From positions 62,001 to 88,237 of the IMG/VR virus record IMGVR_UViG_3300011768_000001: a stretch of DNA of 26,237 nucleotides; one strand, given 5' to 3'. Made by a program: the position numbers and the translations under genes. Below are positions 16,819 to 24,027 of the stretch, piece after piece. Each line of letters opens with the position of its first letter. The stretch's first letter is position 1. The DNA comes from an uncultured virus (IMG/VR IMGVR_UViG_3300011768_000001) (taxonomy: Duplodnaviria > Heunggongvirae > Uroviricota > Caudoviricetes). The notes under the pieces were generated by a model. It saw only the letters and a list, made by a program, of their open reading frames with translations. It searched no databases and was not told where the DNA came from.

Positions 16819-16884
16819 TTATGTGCGGCAAGATTTGATCTTGATTTGCATGCTTGGATGTTTGAGGCTGCTGGAAGTGATCAT
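16819..16884 (-). CDS. 21-aa peptide (MITSSSLKHPSMQIKIKSCRT)
   Basis: AGGA RBS directly after a strong promoter. Confidence 0.45.
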   Translation of the reverse strand: MITSSSLKHPSMQIKIKSCRT

Positions 16885-16920
16885 GGTGGCTATCCTGTGT
16901 GTTTCGTTGTCTGTGAGGTG

Positions 16921-16949
16921 ATTCTAAGGCAAACAAAAGCCCCAGTCAA
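16921..16949 (-). promoter_or_regulatory. sigma70-type promoter with its -35 in a hairpin loop
   Basis: TTGACT-17bp-TAGAAT; upstream AAAATAATTTGAAA. Confidence 0.8.
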
Positions 16950-16954
16950 GGGGC
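16931..16954 (-). terminator. intrinsic terminator overlapping the promoter
   Basis: GCCCC-TTGACT-GGGGC-TTTTGTTT. Confidence 0.65.
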
Positions 16955-16998
16955 ATAGGAAGAAATTTCAAATTATTTTACCTTCAATTCTGTGAGGG

Positions 16999-17205
16999 TT
17001 AGCTGTTTCTTACAAGGTATTCCAAAAGTTCCTTGACTAGACGCTCTGTCTTACGATCAGTAAAAGATAGTTCACGAACCTTAAGCATCATTTCAGATCG
17101 TTCCTGAGAGCGATACCTGTCTATAAGAATCTTCTTACAAGCCACCAAGCCTTCACCTGTCTCGTGTTGCAAAGCTTTTACTTCTTCTATCGTTATACCT
17201 TTCAT
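16999..17205 (-). CDS. small protein with an EF-Ts N-terminal (UBA-like) domain
   Basis: ITIEEVKALQHETGEGLVACKKIL resembles EF-Ts ITxxLVKELRERTGxGMMDCKKAL. Confidence 0.65.
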   Translation of the reverse strand: MKGITIEEVKALQHETGEGLVACKKILIDRYRSQERSEMMLKVRELSFTDRKTERLVKELLEYLVRNS

Positions 17206-17393
17206 AGAAATTCCACCTCGTCCTCATAAAGATTAATCGAAGTAAAGCCCAGCACTGGCGTATCAAAAACAACAATAAATCCCTGATACCTATCTTTTGG
17301 ACTCAGAATCTTTGAAATAGTTCCTGTGGAACCACTTAAGCAGGCCCAGTGTTTATTGGTATTGCAAACCCTCACCCTGTCACCAATTTGCAT
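17202..17393 (-). CDS. small SH3/KOW-like protein
   Basis: IGDRVRV...G.TGTI...VVFD...EDEVE. Confidence 0.65.
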   Translation of the reverse strand: MQIGDRVRVCNTNKHWACLSGSTGTISKILSPKDRYQGFIVVFDTPVLGFTSINLYEDEVEFL

Positions 17394-17422
17394 AAATGCT
17401 CCGGTTAAAAAGTATCATAAAC

Positions 17423-17725
17423 CTACATAATAGGACGTATCACCCAGTCATCTACACACAGCACATAGTCACCAGATGTCGTAAGCCTCACCATACAGTC
17501 TTCACAGATGTTCTTCCATTCATCGTCAAGCTCAAGTGTGTATTCTTGATGGCTTGAGCAGAAGTATTTATCACATGAATGTTCATCTTCTCCATGCATT
17601 CCACCACAAACATAACTTAAGCCACGATCAATCTCGTTACTGCAATCTTTATGATCACAGATAGCATCAATTGCATAGCCAATAGGACGACCTTCTTTGT
17701 CCTCACCACAGCGTGACCAACTCAT
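17423..17725 (-). CDS. Cys/His-rich zinc-binding phage protein
   Basis: GRPIGY..CDHKDC..IDRGLSYVCGG.HG..CDKYFC..H..CEDC. Confidence 0.75.
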   Translation of the reverse strand: MSWSRCGEDKEGRPIGYAIDAICDHKDCSNEIDRGLSYVCGGMHGEDEHSCDKYFCSSHQEYTLELDDEWKNICEDCMVRLTTSGDYVLCVDDWVIRPIM

Positions 17726-17898
17726 TTATCTTCACCTTCAAAAGTTTCTGTCAGATATACTTCAATAGCTTCTTTCAAACAACCTTTTAAATTGTTGAAT
17801 AAAGGGGCCTCTACTTGCTGATGCTCCTGAATCTTGTCCAACAATTTCCATGCAGCATTGTTAAGGGCATCGCCTGTCATGTTAATTTCAATAGTCAT
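17722..17898 (-). CDS. hypothetical protein
   Basis: ATG (MTIEIN) with AGGAG RBS. Confidence 0.7.
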   Translation of the reverse strand: MTIEINMTGDALNNAAWKLLDKIQEHQQVEAPLFNNLKGCLKEAIEVYLTETFEGEDK

Positions 17899-18044
17899 TG
17901 ATATTCTCCTAACCACTGCTTTAATGATTTTATGGTGTTAAATTTGTGTACTTCACCTTTCTCATCTTTAGTCCATATTGACCTAGAGTCACTACAATGA
18001 AACCAAGAGTGCTGTCTCGCCCATTCTCGTTGTTTAGAAGTCAC
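17895..18044 (-). CDS. hypothetical protein, 49 aa (MTSKQREWARQHSWF...)
   Basis: Hand translation; GTG start with GAGGG RBS. Confidence 0.55.
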   Translation of the reverse strand: MTSKQREWARQHSWFHCSDSRSIWTKDEKGEVHKFNTIKSLKQWLGEYQ

Positions 18045-18174
18045 TGATAACAACCCTCTTCCCTTCTCTGATAACCTTCCTATTCACCCTAAGCGCTTTG
18101 TCATGAGTCTTTGATTGCTTGTAACTGTCAAAGTGCTCTGTGTCATTGTGCATATGCTTTTTGTTAGGTTTCAT
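18034..18174 (-). CDS. basic hypothetical protein, 46 aa (MKPNKKHMH...)
   Basis: Hand translation; ATGA coupling. Confidence 0.55.
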   Translation of the reverse strand: MKPNKKHMHNDTEHFDSYKQSKTHDKALRVNRKVIREGKRVVISDF

Positions 18175-18296
18175 ACCTTAGCCTCGACATACCAGAAAGA
18201 ATTTTGTTTGTAGCACTTAAAGCTTTGGAAGCCTTCTTTACTCAACATTTCAATCTCTGCCACTGCATCCTGGATTGAATCAAATTCAGTTTTCAT
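18171..18296 (-). CDS. hypothetical protein, 41 aa (MKTEFDSIQ...)
   Basis: Hand translation; GGGGTG RBS. Confidence 0.55.
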   Translation of the reverse strand: MKTEFDSIQDAVAEIEMLSKEGFQSFKCYKQNSFWYVEAKV

Positions 18297-18297
18297 C

Positions 18298-18507
18298 TCA
18301 CCCCACCTTAATAATGTTGGGTTCTACATTGAAGTTATCACGAACATATTGTGCACCACCACCTTTTCGGATATCCATAACAAAGCTGCCTAGTTGGTCG
18401 TAGGGGTATACAGTCGGAGCAAGGTTATGGGTGTGAACAATCACTCTGTCAGTACCATGTTCACGTTCAATCACATCCACTTGTTTTATATTGATTTCAA
18501 CGATCAT
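18298..18507 (-). CDS. hypothetical protein
   Basis: ORF with GGAG RBS. Confidence 0.75.
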   Translation of the reverse strand: MIVEINIKQVDVIEREHGTDRVIVHTHNLAPTVYPYDQLGSFVMDIRKGGGAQYVRDNFNVEPNIIKVG

Positions 18508-18755
18508 TTAGATTGCTCCAATTTATTAAGATAGTCTTTGAATGGTATATGTTTCCATAAAGTGAAGTCAAGAAATGTTTTCTGATAGGTTATACTATTG
18601 AATTTGCAAAGCATAGCGTTATGGTTCGAGTCAGAGAAAATTTCATCAATCCAGCGCATCCTAATTGTGAAATTAATATGACTTTTTATTAACGCTATAA
18701 TGCACAAAACACAAGAACCGGCACTTACAAAAAGGATAAATAAGGTTAACGACAT
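18504..18755 (-). CDS. membrane-anchored hypothetical protein
   Basis: N-terminal hydrophobic helix. Confidence 0.7.
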   Translation of the reverse strand: MSLTLFILFVSAGSCVLCIIALIKSHINFTIRMRWIDEIFSDSNHNAMLCKFNSITYQKTFLDFTLWKHIPFKDYLNKLEQSK

Positions 18756-18756
18756 C

Positions 18757-18903
18757 TCAAACCACCTTCACAATTGTGTACATAGCCTCACCACACTGAT
18801 AATTAAGCTTATCAGCATATTCATAAGCATCAGACAGAGAGCATAAGTCTTCACTGCATTGCTCGCCAGTGTTCTTGTTGATTACAGCGTAATTATAGTT
18901 CAT
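18757..18903 (-). CDS. hypothetical protein, 48 aa (MNYNYAVINK...)
   Basis: Hand translation; ATGA coupling. Confidence 0.6.
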   Translation of the reverse strand: MNYNYAVINKNTGEQCSEDLCSLSDAYEYADKLNYQCGEAMYTIVKVV

Positions 18904-19076
18904 TTGATTAGTTCCAGTTCATCTTCTGCAAAGAAAGTATAGTCCTCTGCATCATCAAACATAACAGTGTATGGTAAGGAACTGGCTGAAACAATCTCTG
19001 TAACCCACCCTACGTTGTTATAGAATCCACTGTACTCAGCAAGAATCTTTACTTTATCTCCAACTTGAATATTCAT
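18900..19076 (-). CDS. small SH3/KOW-like protein, 58 aa (MNIQVGDKVKI...)
   Basis: Hand translation; resembles 17202-17393. Confidence 0.65.
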   Translation of the reverse strand: MNIQVGDKVKILAEYSGFYNNVGWVTEIVSASSLPYTVMFDDAEDYTFFAEDELELIK

Positions 19077-19165
19077 TTCACTACCACTCCAGAATTCTTA
19101 ATAGAGCGCCCAACAACAGGCGCTATGATGAATGATGCAAGGATGTAGGCTAGGAAGTATGTCAT
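19073..19165 (-). CDS. 30-aa membrane peptide (MTYFLAYILASFII...)
   Basis: Hand translation; ATGA coupling at both ends. Confidence 0.55.
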   Translation of the reverse strand: MTYFLAYILASFIIAPVVGRSIKNSGVVVK

Positions 19166-19308
19166 GCTTCAACCCAACTTTGAAGTTCACAAAGGTAAGC
19201 TGCATTATAACCATCTATAAATTCCCTTCCCTCTTTACCACTAAGAAAATTGCCCTCTTTGTAGTGTTGGAAACCTGCTTCAAAAGAGTTTAGATATTCA
19301 GTATTCAT
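19162..19308 (-). CDS. hypothetical protein, 48 aa (MNTEYLNSFEAG...)
   Basis: Hand translation; AGGAG RBS. Confidence 0.65.
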   Translation of the reverse strand: MNTEYLNSFEAGFQHYKEGNFLSGKEGREFIDGYNAAYLCELQSWVEA

Positions 19309-19340
19309 CAATATATCTCCTAGTTTGTCTGTAAGAATAA

Positions 19341-19505
19341 TCAGCGAGTGTAGTGAACGCTGAGCATGCCATTCAATGGGTTGACACGGTTTTGAGTGTC
19401 AGCATAGGCGAATGCCTTCTTTTCATTCTCTGCATTGAAAGCCAAGGTTTGTACCACTTTGCCGTAAGTGACGTTGGTGATTACGATGGTTTTAAAAGTG
19501 TTCAT
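19341..19505 (-). CDS. hypothetical protein, 54 aa (MNTFKTIVIT...)
   Basis: Hand translation; first ORF after the promoter. Confidence 0.65.
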   Translation of the reverse strand: MNTFKTIVITNVTYGKVVQTLAFNAENEKKAFAYADTQNRVNPLNGMLSVHYTR

Positions 19506-19552
19506 GGTTGTATTCTCTGTTTGGTGGAAGCTTTCTGCTTCCTTCTGTGTTA

Positions 19553-19581
19553 ATCTTAGCCCTGTCTGAAGGGTAGGTCAA
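19553..19581 (-). promoter_or_regulatory. sigma70-type promoter
   Basis: TTGACC-17bp-TAAGAT; upstream AAAATAATTTGAAA. Confidence 0.75.
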
Positions 19582-19602
19582 GCATTATTTTCAAATTATT
19601 TT

Positions 19603-20142
19603 TCAGTTAGCCAGCCACATTAGCCCAGCACATGCTGCAACAGATCCTACAAGAAACATTCTAGCCTCTGTCCACACTTGGTAAGCCTTTTGCTTTATGT
19701 CAGAGGATACAGCGGGTGTGGTAGGATCAGGCTTTACAGATGCTTTGGAAGGCTCTGCATCATCCTCTACATCTTCGAATGGAGCTTTCACTGATATAGC
19801 CTTGTTCAGCAACTCTACAGCCCTGGTGCGCTTAGCTGAAACCACTGCAAGCAACATGCTGTACTCTTCGATAGGCATGTTGCCAGCTTTGTAATCTGCG
19901 ACTAATTCCTGCATTTGAGCTGTGAGTGTGTTGATTCGACGACGCTGTGGTAGAATGCGGTGGGCAACAGGGATGACTTTAGCCTTCTTCGGGGCATCCT
20001 CATCACCCTCATACAGCTTGGTGTTAGCCATGCCATTTTTAAGAAAATGGTGCCCCTCAGACTTGGACAAGCGGTCCCCAATCATTTCTCCCGACCATGT
20101 GGCGGAATTCGACCAGTCTTGTATCACGTAATGTCTTGCCAT
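19603..20142 (-). CDS. hypothetical protein with a C-terminal membrane anchor
   Basis: Start reassigned to MARHYV (AGGAAGG RBS); C-terminal hydrophobic helix. Confidence 0.75.
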   Translation of the reverse strand: MARHYVIQDWSNSATWSGEMIGDRLSKSEGHHFLKNGMANTKLYEGDEDAPKKAKVIPVAHRILPQRRRINTLTAQMQELVADYKAGNMPIEEYSMLLAVVSAKRTRAVELLNKAISVKAPFEDVEDDAEPSKASVKPDPTTPAVSSDIKQKAYQVWTEARMFLVGSVAACAGLMWLAN

Positions 20143-20164
20143 TGGACACCTTCCTAAAGCTTTA

Positions 20165-21049
20165 TCAGTTGACTTGCCATGAGTATAGGGCATCATAGAC
20201 GCGACTGTCAAGCACATTTTTGTACTCATCTGCCACTTCTTTTACGTAAGCCTCCTTAGCTTGTTTGTACCATGCATGTCCTTCTTGTTGTGTTTTAAAA
20301 CGCATAGTAATTTTCTCATTTAGCTTACATAATGCAAAACTCCAATTACCCCACTTGTCCACACTACCTCCAAGATAACCACTAGTAGTAAGGTTATTAA
20401 TTCTTGCTGGAACAAAACAGCAGGTATCAGGACCATACTCTTTGTTGCCTTGTACTAAGATATCTTTGTCGAGTTCGCAATCGTCCGAGTTAAATCCGAC
20501 TTGCTGTTCTGCCCATTCCGCAAAATTCTGAAAAGACCTCCAGTCTTCGTGTACTGTTGTGTTATGATAACAGGCATCAAGCTCTTTATTAGACCTAGAC
20601 CGCAAAAGCATATGAATCCATTTATCATATGCTTTTGTATTAGACTTGCTTGAGTAAATGCCTGTACCTATATAGCCTGCGCCAAATGCAATATTTCTTG
20701 CCAGTGGATCCCAAACTAATCCCTTTTCTATCCTCTGGGCTGTCGTCCAAACCTCCGTTTTAGTCACGTCAAAAATTACTCTTACGTTTCGAAAATTTAC
20801 ATATTCCACAACCGTGAACAAACCACTGTTCGTGGAGGGAAATGATTGACCAAGTTTTTCCTTGATTGAATTCCCCCAATTCTTTACTTGGCCCTTCCTT
20901 ATAGCCCCTATTTGAGTAGTACCTTTATAGCCAGTATCCAGAAATCTAAAGTCAACATGGTAATAGTCATGGACGGCTAAAACTTCAAGCTTTCCTCCTT
21001 GAAGCGTTTCATAAATCCCACCAACCTCTACACCTTCATATTTACTCAT
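20165..21049 (-). CDS. free-standing HNH homing endonuclease
   Basis: YDKWIHML.R, W..FQNFAEW, LDKDIL..GNKEYGPDTCCFVP..IN; start MSKYEG with GGAG RBS. Confidence 0.85.
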   Translation of the reverse strand: MSKYEGVEVGGIYETLQGGKLEVLAVHDYYHVDFRFLDTGYKGTTQIGAIRKGQVKNWGNSIKEKLGQSFPSTNSGLFTVVEYVNFRNVRVIFDVTKTEVWTTAQRIEKGLVWDPLARNIAFGAGYIGTGIYSSKSNTKAYDKWIHMLLRSRSNKELDACYHNTTVHEDWRSFQNFAEWAEQQVGFNSDDCELDKDILVQGNKEYGPDTCCFVPARINNLTTSGYLGGSVDKWGNWSFALCKLNEKITMRFKTQQEGHAWYKQAKEAYVKEVADEYKNVLDSRVYDALYSWQVN

Positions 21050-21068
21050 ATTAGCATTCTCCCCAAAT

Positions 21069-21092
21069 AGAAAAACTCCCAATTAAGGGAGT
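21069..21092 (-). terminator. intrinsic terminator just upstream of the HNH gene
   Basis: ACTCCC-TTAATT-GGGAGT-TTTTCT. Confidence 0.65.
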
Positions 21093-21113
21093 AAATTAAT
21101 AATAACCACTGGC

Positions 21114-21305
21114 CTAAACAACCTCATTCTCCTTATCAATTACACTCTGAAACATCTTAAGTAATTCTTCTGTAAACTCATATTCACAAACACTATCATC
21201 AATAGCTTTGATCAACTTAATCAAGTTGTCATTAGACACTTCACGAGCCAATGTGAATGCAAGCTGATCGAGGTCAAGTTCTACGGGTAGGGTGATTGTG
21301 TTCAT
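21114..21305 (-). CDS. hypothetical protein
   Basis: ORF with ATGA coupling. Confidence 0.75.
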   Translation of the reverse strand: MNTITLPVELDLDQLAFTLAREVSNDNLIKLIKAIDDSVCEYEFTEELLKMFQSVIDKENEVV

Positions 21306-21511
21306 ACAGGCTCCAAAACAGTGATGTATCGTGCAAAAATCAGGTCAACAGCTTTGGTTTTGTCATCACAATAAAACAGTTGTGAATCAACTACGTCTGT
21401 GCCTGTATAAAATTTATTCAAGAATGCTTGTCCAAACCTTTCATGAGGATAACTACCACTCATGTAGTCCACCGCAAACTCTGTGTAGTCACCAATCCAC
21501 ACTTGTTTCAT
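21302..21511 (-). CDS. hypothetical phage protein (RFGQAFLN motif)
   Basis: ORF with GGAG RBS, first after the promoter. Confidence 0.75.
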   Translation of the reverse strand: MKQVWIGDYTEFAVDYMSGSYPHERFGQAFLNKFYTGTDVVDSQLFYCDDKTKAVDLIFARYITVLEPV

Positions 21512-21563
21512 CTCATCTCTCCAATTTCATATTAAGAAAACCTTCTGTCTTCTCTTGAGCTAA

Positions 21564-21592
21564 AGCATATTGCCTGTGAATGGTTGTGTCAA
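21564..21592 (-). promoter_or_regulatory. sigma70-type promoter
   Basis: CCCC-TTGACA-17bp-TATGCT. Confidence 0.8.
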
Positions 21593-21632
21593 GGGGTTTT
21601 TGTAGGGATTATTCTGACTTCTCCCCATCCGT

Positions 21633-22175
21633 TTAGCAGTAGTAGCTTTCCAGGATTTCACAAGCGTCCCAGAGATCCTGCGATGTGATGTTTGCACCGC
21701 GTCTCCCATGCTCGATCCGGTCGAGGGACGTGCGTATAGTCTTCTCCGCATCGCCCAGGCGCTGATGGAGGGCCGTGAATTGCGCCCTATCAATCAGCTC
21801 AATCCCGTCACAAGAGCTGCGCCCAGCTTGCGTAAGGTTTACAGCCATGCCCGCCCTGGTCTTATCTATTACACCCAGCGTTTCTGCTTCACCGCTGAGC
21901 ATCGGTAAAGGCTTAGGGTTCATTTTCCGCACAACAGCCAATGCTTCGTTCCAACCCTGAGCGTAATCCATCCCTCGCCTTGTTCTCGTATTTTCTTCGC
22001 AATCCATAGGGAGGACTACTGCTGCGCCTTTGCTGCGCAACTCCGCCTCCCGCGCCAACCCTTCATCGCGCTGGGCGGCGAGGGCGTCGTAGTCGGAGGC
22101 TTTAACCCACAAGCCATCCGAATCTTCTACTTCGCATCCGGTTTGATCCATGTCATAGCGTTTCACTTCACTCAT
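21633..22175 (-). CDS. GC-rich mosaic protein resembling lambdoid Ead/Ea22-type accessory proteins
   Basis: MSEVKRY..G.WV.ASDYDAL..RDEGLAREAELR; GAGG RBS; visibly higher GC than the flanks. Confidence 0.65.
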   Translation of the reverse strand: MSEVKRYDMDQTGCEVEDSDGLWVKASDYDALAAQRDEGLAREAELRSKGAAVVLPMDCEENTRTRRGMDYAQGWNEALAVVRKMNPKPLPMLSGEAETLGVIDKTRAGMAVNLTQAGRSSCDGIELIDRAQFTALHQRLGDAEKTIRTSLDRIEHGRRGANITSQDLWDACEILESYYC

Positions 22176-22211
22176 TTTCCTTCCTCTCTTGTGCATACCG
22201 CTGCTATCGGA

Positions 22212-22367
22212 TTAGTCGCCCCAGTAACTCAACTCTTCTTCAATCGCTTCTTCTGGCGACCAATCACCGAATGTTTCGTGGCAGGCTGAAACTATCTCCC
22301 AGCTAGACCAGCCGACACGTTTTGACATGTACCAGTAAGCTTTCAACTTCCACACAAAAGCTTTCAT
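22212..22367 (-). CDS. hypothetical protein, 51 aa (MKAFVWKLKAYW...EELSYWGD)
   Basis: Hand translation; GAGGA RBS; ATGA coupling. Confidence 0.65.
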   Translation of the reverse strand: MKAFVWKLKAYWYMSKRVGWSSWEIVSACHETFGDWSPEEAIEEELSYWGD

Positions 22368-22657
22368 AACCTTTCCTCCTCCTCAATCAGTTTATAAATC
22401 TCATTCATGCGATCATAATAACCCTTATCGCCCTCATCTTTGAGGTCAATTAGAGTGGCAGCTCGCAAAAATTGGCAATCATTAGGATTAACCCAATAGG
22501 TTATAGTATTCAGCACTGCGTGCTCTGATCCAAGCCCAATACCATAGATCAAATCTTCACCAGCTTCTAGCCACCCATCTATGTATTTAGCACCGTTCAA
22601 GACTGATGTATATTCAGTCTGTGCAATAGCCTTCTGAACCTTCAACAAGTATTCCAT
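22364..22657 (-). CDS. hypothetical protein
   Basis: ORF with GGAG RBS. Confidence 0.75.
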   Translation of the reverse strand: MEYLLKVQKAIAQTEYTSVLNGAKYIDGWLEAGEDLIYGIGLGSEHAVLNTITYWVNPNDCQFLRAATLIDLKDEGDKGYYDRMNEIYKLIEEEERL

Positions 22658-22659
22658 AA

Positions 22660-23031
22660 CTACTCTCCAATACCAAATTCAATTGATGTTATAAATCCTG
22701 AATCCTTGATCTGCATCATACACGAGATGCATGGGTAGCTGTCAAGTATTTTTCCTTGTCGGTTGACACGGGCCGTAATCAGCTTGCAACCCCTTGGGTT
22801 ATGTTTAGCGGCCTGGATAATACACCTGCACTCGCTATGCAAATAAATCCTAGACTCACTCATTCCAGCCTTGACAGAATAAGCTTTTTGTGTAGGGTGG
22901 CTACGAGAATATTCGTTAGGTCCATGTGCGATCAACTTGCCTTTATGATTGAGTATGGCGCTGTACACTCTCTCGTATCCTTTGACATAAGGGATTTGCA
23001 AGGCACGTTGGGCACACCACTGAATGTTCAT
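22660..23031 (-). CDS. zinc-dependent cytidine-deaminase-fold protein
   Basis: LHSE (HxE) and PCISC (PCxxC) motifs; SAIL..G.N strand. Confidence 0.8.
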   Translation of the reverse strand: MNIQWCAQRALQIPYVKGYERVYSAILNHKGKLIAHGPNEYSRSHPTQKAYSVKAGMSESRIYLHSECRCIIQAAKHNPRGCKLITARVNRQGKILDSYPCISCMMQIKDSGFITSIEFGIGE

Positions 23032-23240
23032 CTCTCTACACCAAGGGTAAGAGAATAGTCAGTAGTTTTAGACTGTTTAATAGGATCATCAAAACAAACA
23101 GCTTGGGTAGATATAACATTTATACCAATTTCCCCCTCCTCACCATACACCCAATCGTGGTATTCTCCATACTCAACAACATTCACTTCGAGTTCTTGAT
23201 CTTGCTTCTCAAGCCATTTAATAAATTCTTTGACTTTCAT
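23028..23240 (-). CDS. hypothetical protein, paralog A (70 aa)
   Basis: Start MKVKEF; 48/70 identical to 23476-23688. Confidence 0.8.
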   Translation of the reverse strand: MKVKEFIKWLEKQDQELEVNVVEYGEYHDWVYGEEGEIGINVISTQAVCFDDPIKQSKTTDYSLTLGVER

Positions 23241-23479
23241 ACCACAATCTCCAATCCTACATCTTTCATATTCAACCAATCTTCTTCACATTGCTGTGCT
23301 GCAATACACTCTTCCACGAAGTCCATCGCAGCCTCTGAATAGGCGTAACGAGCCTCTTTAAGCGCTTGTTTAGCGACTACCGTTGCTGTGCCATTGCCCT
23401 CATCTAAACTGCTGTTAGCTGTGCGATATGAGGACTCACAGACTCTTAGGGTTTCTCTTAGTGCGAGTAGGGTTTTCAT
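23237..23479 (-). CDS. hypothetical protein
   Basis: ORF with ATGA coupling. Confidence 0.75.
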   Translation of the reverse strand: MKTLLALRETLRVCESSYRTANSSLDEGNGTATVVAKQALKEARYAYSEAAMDFVEECIAAQQCEEDWLNMKDVGLEIVV

Positions 23480-23688
23480 TTCTCAACTCCAAGAATTAAA
23501 GAGTAATCAGTTGTACGGGACTGTATAGGTGGGTCGTCGAAGCACACAGCTTGGGTTGTAGCTATACTCCTCAAAACTTCATCTTCGCCATTGTAGCACC
23601 AATCCTCATACTCGCAGTATTCTACAATTGAAACTTCCAGCTCTTGATTCTGTTTCTCAAGCCACTTAATAAAGTCTTTAACTTTCAT
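23476..23688 (-). CDS. hypothetical protein, paralog B (70 aa)
   Basis: ORF with GGAGG RBS. Confidence 0.8.
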   Translation of the reverse strand: MKVKDFIKWLEKQNQELEVSIVEYCEYEDWCYNGEDEVLRSIATTQAVCFDDPPIQSRTTDYSLILGVEK

Positions 23689-23903
23689 ACAACCTCCCCG
23701 ACAGCTTTCTTAGCTAATTCTTCAAGCCTATCCTTGGCAGTTTCAATGTACCCTTGCGCTTGAAAGAAGTCCTTCCACTCCTCACTAAGCTCACCCCACG
23801 GAATAGAGCTTGCGACTAGAAATTCTCGCCAAAGGTGTGCTTGGAGCTTGTCTGTGCTCGTTGTGCGTTTTGATACTGTTGACTTGACCTTAGTCTTCAT
23901 CAC
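23685..23903 (-). CDS. hypothetical protein
   Basis: ORF with GAGGAGG RBS. Confidence 0.7.
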   Translation of the reverse strand: MMKTKVKSTVSKRTTSTDKLQAHLWREFLVASSIPWGELSEEWKDFFQAQGYIETAKDRLEELAKKAVGEVV

Positions 23904-24027
23904 TATCCTCCTCTTCGAACATGCAAACTAACTCATCAAGGCAAGGAACATGATCATCAAGGAAATCTAAAAGCTCCTCGTAATAATCAATCTTATCTTG
24001 CTGTGTTTCAACGTCGGACCATTTCAT
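23890..24027 (-). CDS. acidic hypothetical protein, 45 aa (MKWSDVETQQ...)
   Basis: Hand translation; GGAG RBS. Confidence 0.6.
   Translation of the reverse strand: MKWSDVETQQDKIDYYEELLDFLDDHVPCLDELVCMFEEEDSDED

Noticed and set aside
20143..20229. N-terminal extension of ORF 19603-20229 overlapping the HNH gene, suggesting an intron or split gene
   Set aside because: A good RBS precedes ATG 20142, which removes the overlap
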